A stretch of 64,000 nt of DNA from a virus (IMGVR_UViG_3300020576_007607:5448-69447); one strand, 5' to 3'. Shown: positions 18,159-29,156, numbered from the stretch's first letter. Translations and numbers: made by a program. Notes: a model not told the origin generated them from the letters alone.

Positions 18159-19391
18159 ATGGCAAAAGCAAGTAAGGAAATCAAGAAATTCGAATTCAGT
18201 AAAGTCGGAACTATAATAGATAATATAGCAAAGAATATTCCAATTTTAGTTGAAAAGGAAATAAAAGAAAAGACGTTCATAACTACTGGTGTTTATCTAG
18301 TAGATGCAGCAATGTCAGGAAGACTATTAAATGGTGGTATAGCAACTAATAGAATTTCAGTATTCGCTGGTGAGTCCGGAGCAGGTAAATCATTTATGTG
18401 TTATTCATGTGCTAAAAATGCTCAAAAAATGGGATACTCTGTTATCTATATTGACACAGAACAAGCTATTGATTTGGAAGATTTACCAAAATTCGGTGTA
18501 GATAACTCACTTGAAAAATTCAGACTAATCCGTTCAAATAAAGTAGAAGATGTTAATGTCCTACTTACTCAACTAATAGATGACTTAAAGACTCAAAAAC
18601 TTGAGGGTTATGAGTTACCAAAACTAATGATTGTGATTGACTCACTTGGTCAAATGGCATCAAACAAAGAAAAGTCAGACCTACTAAAAGGAGATATCAA
18701 ACAAGATATGACTAAAGCAAAAGCACTCGGATCCCTTTTTAGAAGCATAAATACCGACTTGGGATATTTAGACATTCCACTTTTAGTAGCGAACCATACC
18801 TATCTAACACTTGACATGTTTCCAAAAAGTGTCATGAAGGGCGGTAACGGTCTACTATACTCAGCTTCAGTAATTGGCATGATGAGCAAATCTCAGCTAA
18901 AAACCGGAGAAGAAGATGAGATGGATTTGGGATCATCTGGAATCACCGTATTGTTTAAAACCCAAAAGTCGAGATTAGCAAAACCAAAGAAAATCCGTTT
19001 TGATATATCATTCGCACACGGTATGAATCCATATACAGGTCTTGACGCTTTCTGCCGTCCCGAGTATTTCAACCAAATCGGAATAGCTCAGGGAAAAATG
19101 GAGGTGGACAAGTCGACGGGGGAAATGGTTTTCAAACCAGGCGGAAACAGATGGTATGTGTCACACCTCGACAAGTCGTTCACCACGAAACAGCTTTTCA
19201 CCAACCAAATATTCACGATGGATGTCCTGAAGAAAATGGAACCGATTGTGAACGACTATTTCCGATTCAAGTCTCTCGACGAGATCGAGGAAACCGAAAA
19301 ACAGTTCAACACCATGATAGGGGAAGAAGATGAGAATACGGACGAAAACGGATTTTCGGACAGCGTAGACGCGGATGATCTTTTCAACTAA
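18159..19391 (+). CDS. uvsX: RecA/UvsX-like recombinase
   Basis: ITTG...D, GESGAGKS, YIDTEQA, IVIDSLG, ANHTY, MKGGNGLLYSAS. Confidence 0.92.
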   Translation: MAKASKEIKKFEFSKVGTIIDNIAKNIPILVEKEIKEKTFITTGVYLVDAAMSGRLLNGGIATNRISVFAGESGAGKSFMCYSCAKNAQKMGYSVIYIDTEQAIDLEDLPKFGVDNSLEKFRLIRSNKVEDVNVLLTQLIDDLKTQKLEGYELPKLMIVIDSLGQMASNKEKSDLLKGDIKQDMTKAKALGSLFRSINTDLGYLDIPLLVANHTYLTLDMFPKSVMKGGNGLLYSASVIGMMSKSQLKTGEEDEMDLGSSGITVLFKTQKSRLAKPKKIRFDISFAHGMNPYTGLDAFCRPEYFNQIGIAQGKMEVDKSTGEMVFKPGGNRWYVSHLDKSFTTKQLFTNQIFTMDVLKKMEPIVNDYFRFKSLDEIEETEKQFNTMIGEEDENTDENGFSDSVDADDLFN

Positions 19392-19414
19392 TGGACAAAA
19401 ATTAATTTAATATT

Positions 19415-19633
19415 ATGAAATTCGACATAACAAAACCGGCATTCGCCGTTTACATAAACGTAAAATCATTACCCAAAGCAAGAGCCGAAGAAGCCATCGA
19501 AAAAGTGATGGTGGAATTAAAGACCGAAGACGCCAACATGTTTTTCTTCCCAATAACAGAAATGGACGAGGGATCGACCAGAATAGAGTGCATCTACAAC
19601 CCGACAATAAACCAAACAATCTACCGACCATGA
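19415..19633 (+). CDS. hypothetical protein
   Basis: 72-aa ORF after uvsX. Confidence 0.6.
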   Translation: MKFDITKPAFAVYINVKSLPKARAEEAIEKVMVELKTEDANMFFFPITEMDEGSTRIECIYNPTINQTIYRP

Positions 19634-19830
19634 GACAGATGATCTTGAGAATACTCCAGGAAAGGAACATGGATTTCAAAAACCATGAACTCCTTTACAA
19701 GGCTGGACTCGATAACATAATCAGCAACATCGAATTCTATTTCGACAAGCCGTATACCTGTGAATCGGTTTTTCGGGAGCTTTTCCGAAGAGGAGTGATC
19801 AACGAGATAAGAAAAACCCAATCAGACTGA
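19630..19830 (+). CDS. hypothetical protein
   Basis: ATGA overlap with the previous stop. Confidence 0.55.
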   Translation: MRQMILRILQERNMDFKNHELLYKAGLDNIISNIEFYFDKPYTCESVFRELFRRGVINEIRKTQSD

Positions 19831-19842
19831 TTGGGTTTTTTT
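19812..19842. terminator. bidirectional intrinsic terminator
   Basis: AAAAACCCAATCAG-A-CTGATTGGGTTTTTTT at a convergence point. Confidence 0.8.
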
Positions 19843-20226
19843 AATTGTTATAAATCTTGTCCGATATAGAAGGATGATATTGGATATGTTGACCATGAGA
19901 ATTCCAGAAATGCTCAGGACCTGCTTCGCAAGTCCTGATGGTAGGAGAATGGAACTGATGTTGATAATAAAGGAAACACCAATCAGAAACATATAAATAT
20001 GAGGATTCTTTATTATCCATCTCTTCAGTTTGGGAACATCAATCCTTGATCCCATGAGCATCCTTATAGATATGTCCCTCTTACATTGGACACACATGTC
20101 ATAATAATCCTTTTCATCTGATGCCTTTATAATCAGAACACTGTCCCTTACCACCTCGTCCATGGTGTGGATTTCGGACTTGCAGTTGTAACAGGCGAAT
20201 CCCTTTTTCAGTTGATAGGATATCAT
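19822..20226 (-). CDS. Zn-ribbon membrane protein with internal tag
   Basis: CYNC/CVQC, RDISIRMLM, two hydrophobic helices. Confidence 0.65.
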   Translation of the reverse strand: MISYQLKKGFACYNCKSEIHTMDEVVRDSVLIIKASDEKDYYDMCVQCKRDISIRMLMGSRIDVPKLKRWIIKNPHIYMFLIGVSFIINISSILLPSGLAKQVLSISGILMVNISNIILLYRTRFITIKKTQSV

Positions 20227-20310
20227 CTGTCTTTTTTTTGGATTCTCTCGCGGAAAGATAAATCCAAAAAAATGACAGGACAGTAAAAAACAAATGTATC
20301 AGAATAAATG

Positions 20311-20808
20311 TCATATCAATTTAAGAAGCTTTGTCAGTTTGATGTCCCTTTCCAACTGCTTGTTCATGACCATCCTGACGCATTCAGGACCGAATCCCGT
20401 ATCTATGGATGTGGGAACCGTCAGACGTTTCCCGCATTTCCCGCATCGTCCCGAGTGGTATATCTCGATGAATTCCGGAAGGGCGGTCTTAGCCGGTTCA
20501 GTATCGGTTGCGGGACTGACAATTGTCTGGATTCTTTTGAGGACCCAATCGAAAACCTTCACAGACTGGGCGTCCGCCCCAATCGGGGACTTAGGTGAGT
20601 GTCGGAACCTATTTTCCGATGTTATCAGACCGATATACGTGTAGATATCCGGCCCTGTAAGGACATTGACATAATAGATGTCCGACTTCTTGTGCTTGAC
20701 AACCTTATACGTGAAACGGTTTTGGGTGTTGGTGTTGACGAACGTCATGAACGCCTTGCCTGCCAATATGAAATTCAACGCCAAATCGTGTCTGAGTATC
20801 CCTGTCAT
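20311..20808 (-). CDS. DUF6011-like Zn-finger protein with C-terminal tag RDIKLTKLL
   Basis: CGKCGKRLTVPTSIDTGFGPEC; TATCTTTG at 20825-20832. Confidence 0.75.
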   Translation of the reverse strand: MTGILRHDLALNFILAGKAFMTFVNTNTQNRFTYKVVKHKKSDIYYVNVLTGPDIYTYIGLITSENRFRHSPKSPIGADAQSVKVFDWVLKRIQTIVSPATDTEPAKTALPEFIEIYHSGRCGKCGKRLTVPTSIDTGFGPECVRMVMNKQLERDIKLTKLLKLI

Positions 20809-21052
20809 TTATCGTTTGTTTATACAAAGATACGGAAAAAACACCGAATAAAAAACCTGTTCCCTTACATGAGGAACATTTTGGAATCCTCCCGTTTATA
20901 GTTGTGTCGCAATATCCGCTTCCGTTGCATGTCAGACATTTGACCATTTTCTTCCCATGGGTTTCAAGCCATTTTTCGGTTCTCAATTTTTTCCTTTCCT
21001 TCCAATCCATGTCTAAGGTATCATAATATTCAGAATACAGTTTCTCTTCCAA
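20705..21052 (-). CDS. small CxxCxGxG Zn-finger protein (3' end uncertain)
   Basis: CLTCNGSG, CSSCKGTG; the tail overlaps the next gene by about 100 nt. Confidence 0.5.
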   Translation of the reverse strand: MEEKLYSEYYDTLDMDWKERKKLRTEKWLETHGKKMVKCLTCNGSGYCDTTINGRIPKCSSCKGTGFLFGVFSVSLYKQTINDRDTQTRFGVEFHIGRQGVHDVRQHQHPKPFHV

Positions 21053-21243
21053 GCAACAGCTGTCCAGAAATTTTTCCCGATTAGGTTATTGAAGAAAGCT
21101 TCCGTATCCATGAAATACATCCTACCATCCTCCGTCAGGATGAAATCCTCTGCATATTTAGAAACCCGAATAATCTGGTTGTCCTTTAGGGTGGCGACGT
21201 GATCATGACCGAGAGTCCGGAAAATGTAGTCTTTGGCTGTCAT
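21013..21243 (-). CDS. hypothetical protein
   Basis: ATG 4 nt after TATCTTTG (21248-21255). Confidence 0.6.
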   Translation of the reverse strand: MTAKDYIFRTLGHDHVATLKDNQIIRVSKYAEDFILTEDGRMYFMDTEAFFNNLIGKNFWTAVAWKRNCILNIMIP

Positions 21244-21317
21244 ACGACAAAGATACCGAAAACCTCCGAAAAACAAAAAATTTTCGAGGGGAGACAACTT
21301 TCTAGATATATAATTCC

Positions 21318-22256
21318 ATGGAACTGAACTCTAAGATATTCGTCGCTGGACACAACGGAATGGTCGGATCGGCAATAATCAGGAAACTGAAATCGCTGGG
21401 ATATGAAAACATCATCGTCGCCGACAGGAACAAATACGACCTGAGAAGCCAGTTCGGGGTCAACGACTTCTTCTACTACAACAGGCCAGAATACGTTTTC
21501 CTCGCGGCCGCCAAGGTCGGGGGAATAAAGGCTAATAACGACTTCAAGGCGGATTTCATAACCGACAACATCCTGATACAGACCAACGTCATTTCGGCAT
21601 GCCACAGATACGGAGTCAGGAAACTGGTGTTTCTCGGATCTTCCTGCATCTACCCAAAAATGGCGGAACAGCCGATAAGGGAGGAATCACTGATGTCAGG
21701 ATATCTTGAACCCACCAACGACGCCTACGCGATTGCCAAGATTTCGGGAATCAAGATGTGCCAATCATACAACCAACAGTACGGCACCGATTTCGTCTCG
21801 GTTATGCCGTGCAACCTTTACGGAATCGGAGACAACTACCATCCAGAAAACTCACATGTCCTGCCATCGATAATCAGGAAACTCCACCAGGCCAAAAAGG
21901 ACGTGAGCGGAAGAATCGAACTCTGGGGAGACGGAACCCCATACAGGGAGTTCCTTTTCGCCGACGATCTGGCCGACGCCTGCCATTTCGTCATGACCAA
22001 CCGGACACCTGACCTGATAAACATAGGGTCGGGAAAGGACCAGACAATACGTGAACTTGCCGAGACGGCAAGGGACATCATAAACCCAGGATGTGGGGTA
22101 TCCTTCGATGGAAGGTCCGACATCAACGGAACCCCGAAGAAGCTTCTCGACGTCACCAAGATGGAACGGCTCGGGTGGAAGGCCAAAACCGGACTTTCGG
22201 AGGGAATAGGAATCGCCTATCAAGACTTTTTGAGAAGACATGAGAGCGCTGCTTAA
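21318..22256 (+). CDS. fcl: GDP-L-fucose synthase
   Basis: VAGHNGMVGSA, LAAAKVGGI, LGSSCIYPK, YAIAK, MPCNLYG, WGDGTPYREF. Confidence 0.95.
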   Translation: MELNSKIFVAGHNGMVGSAIIRKLKSLGYENIIVADRNKYDLRSQFGVNDFFYYNRPEYVFLAAAKVGGIKANNDFKADFITDNILIQTNVISACHRYGVRKLVFLGSSCIYPKMAEQPIREESLMSGYLEPTNDAYAIAKISGIKMCQSYNQQYGTDFVSVMPCNLYGIGDNYHPENSHVLPSIIRKLHQAKKDVSGRIELWGDGTPYREFLFADDLADACHFVMTNRTPDLINIGSGKDQTIRELAETARDIINPGCGVSFDGRSDINGTPKKLLDVTKMERLGWKAKTGLSEGIGIAYQDFLRRHESAA

Positions 22257-22584
22257 AATCGAGGCCGACATCCCCGACGGCATTTCACCGGGGGACGAAA
22301 CCAAGTTCGTATACCATTACGACAAGGCACACCTTATCTTCCCACTCGAGGACTGGGAAATGGCCTTCGAGACCGACAAGAAGAAGCTCGCCGAACACAA
22401 CACCAGAATGAAATACTATCGGGAGAACTACATTTCGGACAAGAAACTGTCCAGAAAATTCGATGGACGAGAAATGACCGGGATATTCCATTCCAGATCT
22501 AGAATCGACAGGATACCGATTTTCGACGTCGACATCAGCATATCCCAACTCAGGGACGACAAAATAAACGAGATACTCAAATGA
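22240..22584 (+). CDS. hypothetical protein with C-terminal tag RDDKINEIL
   Basis: Overlaps the end of fcl. Confidence 0.7.
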   Translation: MRALLKIEADIPDGISPGDETKFVYHYDKAHLIFPLEDWEMAFETDKKKLAEHNTRMKYYRENYISDKKLSRKFDGREMTGIFHSRSRIDRIPIFDVDISISQLRDDKINEILK

Positions 22585-22589
22585 ATTTT

Positions 22590-22620
22590 GTGGGAATACC
22601 CAAAATTGAGGTATTCCCAT
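22590..22620 (+). terminator. hairpin, probable terminator
   Basis: GTGGGAATACC-CAAAATTGA-GGTATTCCCAT. Confidence 0.6.
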
Positions 22621-22675
22621 TAAATCACCAACATGTGTTCTCTATTTTTGGTTTTCAAAAAATAATATATAAGAT

Positions 22676-23389
22676 ATGAATTATATTGGAATTGACATTA
22701 GTTTAAATTCAACAGCTATCTATATTGAGTCTAGTGAAGGTAAATTTATACTCTCCTATACCAATAAAAAAGATAATAATATCTACATAAAAGAATTAGA
22801 TAGATGTGGTGTTAAATTTTTTCACCACAACAGGATATCATCCAACGATTACTCTGAAAATGAAATCCTTAAAATCAAACACTATAATATGTTATCCGAT
22901 ATTATAATTTCAGACATATCAAGTCGGATAAACCCAAATGAAAACACATATTGTAATATAGAGGGGTATTCGTTTTCAAAGAATACATCATCCATACTAG
23001 ATATAGTGTCTCTGTCAACTTTAATAAGATCCAATTTAATTAAAACCTTCCCAAATATCGATATCTCAATATTATCACCATCCACCTTAAAAGTTGAGTC
23101 TTGTAAGATTTGCTACAAACCGATAAATGTCGGTATAAAAAAACCAAAGTACGAATATAGAAACAACCAAGGTATATCAGGAGGATCCTTTAAAAAACCA
23201 CAAATGTTCAGAGCTATGGTTGAGGGAAAAATAGATTCCCCAATCTATAAATTTTTGTTAGAATATAAGCACCTTATGGATAGAGATAAAATACCAAATC
23301 CGATAGAGGACATAATTGACTCGATTTTTGCATGTAAAATAAAAATTAATGAAAATGATATTAGACAAGGAAATTCCAATAAAAGTTAA
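22676..23389 (+). CDS. RuvC-like Holliday junction resolvase
   Basis: YIGIDISLNSTA, NIEGYSF, LKV, EDIIDS; TAATATATA at 22663-22671. Confidence 0.75.
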   Translation: MNYIGIDISLNSTAIYIESSEGKFILSYTNKKDNNIYIKELDRCGVKFFHHNRISSNDYSENEILKIKHYNMLSDIIISDISSRINPNENTYCNIEGYSFSKNTSSILDIVSLSTLIRSNLIKTFPNIDISILSPSTLKVESCKICYKPINVGIKKPKYEYRNNQGISGGSFKKPQMFRAMVEGKIDSPIYKFLLEYKHLMDRDKIPNPIEDIIDSIFACKIKINENDIRQGNSNKS

Positions 23390-24551
23390 ATCTTCTAAAA
23401 TAATCTTTAAACTAAAAGAAGTGGGGATACATTGTGAAATTGGAGAAGACGTAATTGTTCCCATAGAAAATTTATGGAAAGGATCTAATATGAAAGTCCT
23501 AGTAAAGTGTGATATATGTGGATTTGAAAAAACGTTATCGTATAACCTCTATAATAAAAATATTTCTAAATACAACATATACTGCTGTAGCAATGTATGT
23601 TCTTCGGTAAAAAACAAAATGACAAGCTTAAAAAATCATGGTGTTGAAAACTATGTAAATAAAGAAAAATCAAAGAAAACTAAACTTGAAAAATACGGCG
23701 ACGAAAATTATATCAATGTCGATAAAATAAAAGAAACAAAACTTAAAAAATATGGAGACGAAAACTACAATAATATGGATCAAATAATTGAGACTAATTT
23801 AATCAGATATGGAGTAAAATCAACTCTTCAGGTTGATGTTTTTTCCGAAAAAGCCAAAAAAACATCAATTGAAAAATACGGCACGACAGACTATAGAAAA
23901 TCCAACTTTATAAAAGAAAAAAGGAAGAAAACTAATATGGAAAAATATGGAGTTGAATCATACATGGAAACAAATGACTTCAGGGAAAAGTCTAAAAAAA
24001 CATCATTAGAAAAATATGGAGTAGATAGCCCAAATAAATCCGACTTAGTTAAACTGAAAAAAGTTACAAAAATGATCGAAAAATATGGATGCATATCAAA
24101 TTCGATGACCACCGAATGTAAAGAAAAAGTCAAAAAAACAAATATGGAACGATATGGTGTTGAATATCCAATGCAACTTTTAGAATTCGCTTCGAAGCAG
24201 TTTAAAAATTCGTTAAGTATAAAATATTTTAATGATAAACTATATTACCAGAGTAGTTATGAAAAACATTTTTTAGATTATATGTCATCAAAAGGATTTG
24301 AAAGTCTAGTAACAAGAGGGTTCCCAATAAAGTATACATTCCAAAATGAAATTAAAATACATTATCCTGACTTTTTCATCGGGAAACTCAATTTGATAAT
24401 TGAGATCAAATCTGACTATTTTTACAAAAAATTCATAGATAAAAACCTTTCCAAGATTAAGAAATGTGAAGAAATGGGTTATAATTATCTATTTATAATA
24501 AATAAAAACTATACACTATTGGATTTTTTTCTTGAACGCCTAAGCATATAA
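23349..24551 (+). mobile_element. putative homing endonuclease (K.K.T.LEKYG repeats + PD-(D/E)XK domain)
   Basis: About 8 EKYG-type repeats; HYPDFFI..IIEIKS; very AT-rich. Confidence 0.75.
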
Positions 24552-24558
24552 TCAGGAA

Positions 24559-25320
24559 TCAATACCATTCCTTCTCCAAGAACCAATAAAGCTCCTCCAC
24601 ATCGTCACAGATGAAATATTCCGAGCCCCCGTAACGGTCAGATCGGTTTATAGCGAACCAATAGTCGTCGAGCCTTATTATCTCGGTGCTAGAACTTTTG
24701 GAGAAAATCTCGACGAAATCGGAATTCATCGAATAATGGAAATTGAAATCCCTTGATTTTCTCGCATTGAGAATTTCCAAAATTCTCTTCCTTTCGGTAT
24801 TGGTGAAATCAACCATCCTGTGATCCCGCCTTTTTTCCATGAACTCCTCAGAACTGACCTTTTTGGGTTTCCTCGAATTTGACTCGTTGAATCTCCTTAT
24901 TTCCATACGGCTTTTGTTACCAACTTTTTTCATCCCATACATTGAGTACAGTCGTTTCAGTTTTTCCCGATATTCTTCCATGTTCTGATCCGTCAGATCC
25001 TTGAAACGGTTCGGACTCGGATAAGCGTAGAGGTTCAGTCCGGGGAAATGCCTTTCCACCGCATCGACTATTATCCTGTCTATGTTCCTGTTCCTATATC
25101 CCTCATTTATGTAAAACCTTCTCGCCTCAGCCCAATATCCATCATCCTTCTTCTTCAGATTCATGAGATAGAGCCTACCTACTACCTTATCAGAGGAAAT
25201 ATCCCTAACAGCAATCTTGTAGGAGCTCTCGGTCTTAGTGACCTCTAGCATGAAATCTCCGATTTTCTCGCTCACAGGGGAGAAATCCAAAAAGCCCTCG
25301 TTGAACCTTAATATTCTCAT
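24559..25320 (-). CDS. N-tagged protein: GNAT-like domain fused to a DD.WF...CD domain
   Basis: Start MRILRFNE after TAATATATA (25326-25334); FYINEGYRNRNI resembles GNAT motif A; second tag MEIRRFNE internally. Confidence 0.65.
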   Translation of the reverse strand: MRILRFNEGFLDFSPVSEKIGDFMLEVTKTESSYKIAVRDISSDKVVGRLYLMNLKKKDDGYWAEARRFYINEGYRNRNIDRIIVDAVERHFPGLNLYAYPSPNRFKDLTDQNMEEYREKLKRLYSMYGMKKVGNKSRMEIRRFNESNSRKPKKVSSEEFMEKRRDHRMVDFTNTERKRILEILNARKSRDFNFHYSMNSDFVEIFSKSSSTEIIRLDDYWFAINRSDRYGGSEYFICDDVEELYWFLEKEWY

Positions 25321-25366
25321 ATGTGTATATATTAAAAACAACATCCGAAATTTTAATATAAAACAT

Positions 25367-25912
25367 ATGAAAAAGAAAAACCTGAAGAAGATAATCAAAT
25401 CCTCATTCGAGGAACTGATGGCTCTCAAAGATAACCAAAACCAAGCAAATTTTATTTCGACAGATTCCTTTGGTTCGACCACTTATGAGGAAAAAAGAAA
25501 TCCTTATGACGAGAAACAGTCCCAAAGATTTCTCAAGATGGTGATCGGCCTCATGGAACAGAATGAGACCAGCGTTTCCATGATGTCATCGGGAACCGTA
25601 AACATACACCAAAACCTCCAAAACGGAGAGGAACTCCAGATCGTGGTCACCCAAAAAGGATACACAATCAACAAGTGGAAACCGAACACCATCACACTGG
25701 GAACCTTTCCCAGCAAGCCGGTCCCGAACCACCGCTACTCGGACGAAACCATTCTAGAAAAGATAATGCCTATTGTGCGGAAAAAGATGGAGGATTACCA
25801 ACAGAACGCATTCAACGACCTGATCGACGACATATATGTCCTGACAAAACTGTCGAGGGACAACAATTTGGAAGAGATTCTGAAAGATGAAAATAACGAC
25901 AATAAATGCTGA
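25367..25912 (+). CDS. hypothetical protein with tag RDNNLEEIL
   Basis: ATG 25367; overlaps the sbcC start. Confidence 0.7.
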   Translation: MKKKNLKKIIKSSFEELMALKDNQNQANFISTDSFGSTTYEEKRNPYDEKQSQRFLKMVIGLMEQNETSVSMMSSGTVNIHQNLQNGEELQIVVTQKGYTINKWKPNTITLGTFPSKPVPNHRYSDETILEKIMPIVRKKMEDYQQNAFNDLIDDIYVLTKLSRDNNLEEILKDENNDNKC

Positions 25913-27609
25913 TAAGCGAAATATCGATAAGGGGATTCAAGTCGTTCGGAAACAACGAACAGACCGTAAGACTCAACACCGAAAAGGGTGAGCTGATACT
26001 ACTGACCGGAAGCAACGGAAACGGAAAATCTTCATTCATCGAAAGCTTCGAATACGTCCTATACGGAAAGGTCAAGTCGATGAAAAAGAAAAAATGGGCC
26101 ACACTCTCGACCCTACCCAACAGGATAAACAACGAGCTCCAGAACAGGATAAGCTTCGTCTCCAACGGGACCGAGGTCAACGTGGTCCGCGGGATAAACC
26201 CGAACACCCTGAAACTGATAGAGAACGGCATTGAGAACGACAGGGCCGGAAAGTCAAACATCGACGAGAAGATTGAAAACTATATAGGAATGGACATTGA
26301 AACCTTCAAGTCGTTCATATCCATGTCAATAAACGACTTCAAAAATTTCATTTCCCTATCCAACGAGGAAAAGCAGCTTCTTCTGGACAAGCTTTTCAAT
26401 TTGGAGGTGATCAACATCCTGAACCAAATCCTGAAGGATCTGGTAAAGGCCAACAAGATCCAGATGACCAAATACGATTCCGAGATATCTACCCTCAACG
26501 ATTCGATCGAATCAATCAGGAGATCGATCGCAAAGGCCATCGAAAAGGAAAAGGAAAACATCCAGACCGAAATCGAAACTATAAAGCAGGAAATGGATTC
26601 CAAAAAGGACGAATACCTGGAACTGAAGGAAAAAGTCGAGAAGGTCAAGGCAAAAGAGGCCGAACTTAAAGCCGACCTCGATCGGGAAAAGGAACAGTAT
26701 ATAAACATAAACGGAGAGATAAAGTCCGCCCAGAAAGACATAGACCTTTACGATTCGGGAAAATGCCCGACCTGCGGAACCGATTTCGACAACGACCACT
26801 TCCATAACCTGAAGGATGTCCTTCTCGAAAAAAAGAAATCTTTAGAGGGACTTAGATCGGAAATCGAGAACAACATCAGGATGGTAAAGGAAAAACAGGC
26901 AAAGCTCCAGACCATTTCCGACAACGTCAACCGAGCATTCAACGACATCACCTATCTCCTGAAGAACTACAAGAGCCAAATCGAAAGGCTTCAGACACAG
27001 AAGGAAAAGGAAGACGGAAAGTCGAGCCTGAACATACAGGAGTTCGAAAATACGATTTCCGAACTCGAGCAGAAAAGGGGAATCAGTGTCGAATACACAA
27101 CGGTATGTAAGGAAAAGGAAATCTATTACAAGGAACTTTCCAAGGTTTTCGGGGAGGACGGAGTCAAGAAAACGATCATCTCAGGCATAATAAAGCCGAT
27201 CAATTTCTTCATTTCGGAGAACATAAAGAAGATGAGACTCCCGTTCCAGGTCGAACTCGATGAGACGTTCACCGCCCAAATCAAAAGTTTCGGGAACCCG
27301 ATCGACCATGACAGTCTCTCTACCGGAGAAAACAAGAAAATCTCAATTTGTATACTACTCGCTTATTTAGAACTGATTCGAACCAAGAAGAATATAAATA
27401 TTCTTTTTTTAGACGAGGTCTTTTCATCGATTGACATAGAGGGGATAGAAAACATATTGCATATACTAAAAGATTTTTCGAATAAATATAGAATTAGCAT
27501 TTTTGTAATACACCATGCCATAATGAATCAAGAATACTTTGATAGAATAATAAGAGTAGATAAAGAAATTTTCACCAATTTGGTTGAGATAGACTGTCAG
27601 GGTCAATAA
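25906..27609 (+). CDS. SbcC/gp46-like recombination ATPase
   Basis: GSNGNGKSS, coiled coils, CPTC hook, LSTGE signature, LFLDE. Confidence 0.92.
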   Translation: MLISEISIRGFKSFGNNEQTVRLNTEKGELILLTGSNGNGKSSFIESFEYVLYGKVKSMKKKKWATLSTLPNRINNELQNRISFVSNGTEVNVVRGINPNTLKLIENGIENDRAGKSNIDEKIENYIGMDIETFKSFISMSINDFKNFISLSNEEKQLLLDKLFNLEVINILNQILKDLVKANKIQMTKYDSEISTLNDSIESIRRSIAKAIEKEKENIQTEIETIKQEMDSKKDEYLELKEKVEKVKAKEAELKADLDREKEQYININGEIKSAQKDIDLYDSGKCPTCGTDFDNDHFHNLKDVLLEKKKSLEGLRSEIENNIRMVKEKQAKLQTISDNVNRAFNDITYLLKNYKSQIERLQTQKEKEDGKSSLNIQEFENTISELEQKRGISVEYTTVCKEKEIYYKELSKVFGEDGVKKTIISGIIKPINFFISENIKKMRLPFQVELDETFTAQIKSFGNPIDHDSLSTGENKKISICILLAYLELIRTKKNINILFLDEVFSSIDIEGIENILHILKDFSNKYRISIFVIHHAIMNQEYFDRIIRVDKEIFTNLVEIDCQGQ

Positions 27610-27647
27610 ATCAACTTTTTTTGTTTCCCAAACTTAATATATATGTT

Positions 27648-28898
27648 ATGGAAAACAAATTTATAGACGAATATCGCAAAGCTCATGGAAACAAATATGA
27701 CTATTCCTTGGTAGATCTGAGAGAAAAGAAAATAAAAATAATATGTCCTATACACGGATTATTCGAACAAAACAAATTCTCACACAAAAAATATGGGTGT
27801 TGGAGATGCTCGGTGGAATACCGAGCATCAATCCAATCATTAGGAAAGGACGACTTTGTTAAAAAATCTGTAGGTATTCATGGAGATAAATATGACTACT
27901 CATTAGTTAAGTATAAGAATAACAATACGAAAGTAGAAATAATATGTCCTATACACGGATTATTCGGACAAACACCTGGTTCACATATGTCTGGAAATGG
28001 ATGTTCGAAATGTGGAACCACTTCGATGGCTTCGAAACAAAGTTATGACACGGAGAAATTTATCGAAAAGTCAAAAAAAATACACGGGGACAGATATGAT
28101 TATTCCTTATCTAAATATATCAATAATCATACCATGATCGACATAATATGTCAAAAACATGGATCATTTAAACAGTCTCCTCAAAATCATATGACTGGAC
28201 AAGGTTGTCCAAAATGTGTAGGTAAATCACTAACAAAAGAAGAAATATTGGACAGGTTTAAAAATAAACACGGAGATAAATATGACTATACAAACTTCAC
28301 TTACTCAACCGAAGAAAAAATAGAGATAATTTGTAAAAAACATGGTGTTTTTAAGCAAAAAATATCCAACCATCTATTTGGACAAGGCTGTCCAAAATGT
28401 GTAGGATTAAAAAAAAATACCTCCGATTTCATTGACGAGTGCATTAACATACATGGAAATATTTATAATTATTCGAAAACAGAGTATAAATCAGCCAAGG
28501 AAAAAGTCATAATCATATGCCAAAAACATGGAGAATTTAAACAAGCTCCAACACATCACCTATCAGGTCAAGACTGTCCAAAATGTAAATGTTCAAAGGG
28601 GGAGAAAAAAGTGAACAACATTTTATTAGAAAATAATATTAACTTTATACATCATTATGAGTTTCCCGATCTAAAAGATCACGAATTTGACTTTTTCATA
28701 CCAGATAAAAACATATGCATAGAATATGACGGAGTTCAGCATTTTAGACCAGTTGCCTTTTTTGGTGGAAAAAATACATTTGATGTCCAAAAAGAAAGGG
28801 ACCGAATAAAAGACGAGTATTGTTTGTTAAAAAATATCACCCTTATAAGGATTGCTTATTTTGATAACATAATGGAAAAAATTAAAAGTGTATTATAA
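27648..28898 (+). mobile_element. putative homing endonuclease (about 5 Zn-ribbon HG.KYDY..C..HG.F.Q..H..G.GC..C repeats + PD-(D/E)XK)
   Basis: Repeats visible; EFDFFIP..CIEYDGVQHF; TAATATATA at 27635-27643. Confidence 0.8.
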
Positions 28899-29156
28899 AT
28901 GGAAAAGGAACTCATCGAAAAACTGGAAAAGATGCCGATACAGGTTCTTCGGGAACTTTCTGACATAAGGATCAAGAAACGCGAATCCGTCCAGAGGATG
29001 AGATTCGAGGATGCCCTTGATTTCAGAACGAAGGAAAGGGAGATTCTCGTAAAATACGGTATCCCAGGCAACGCCAAATTCGATACCGACATATTCACCT
29101 TTATGAGGGACAGAAAACTTGGAATTTTGACAGATGAAAACATTCAAGACCGATGA
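28899..29156 (+). CDS. UVR-like small protein with tag RDRKLGILT
   Basis: KKRESVQRMRFEDA..R helix; operon context. Confidence 0.65.
   Translation: MEKELIEKLEKMPIQVLRELSDIRIKKRESVQRMRFEDALDFRTKEREILVKYGIPGNAKFDTDIFTFMRDRKLGILTDENIQDR

Noticed and set aside
18159-27609. Inteins or introns in uvsX, sbcC or ligA
   Set aside because: Lengths and motif spacing are normal; no splice motifs seen.
23640-28600. Possible CRISPR array or DGR template/variable repeats
   Set aside because: The repeats are in-frame protein repeats of endonucleases with synonymous divergence; no identical spaced DNA repeats or reverse transcriptase were seen.
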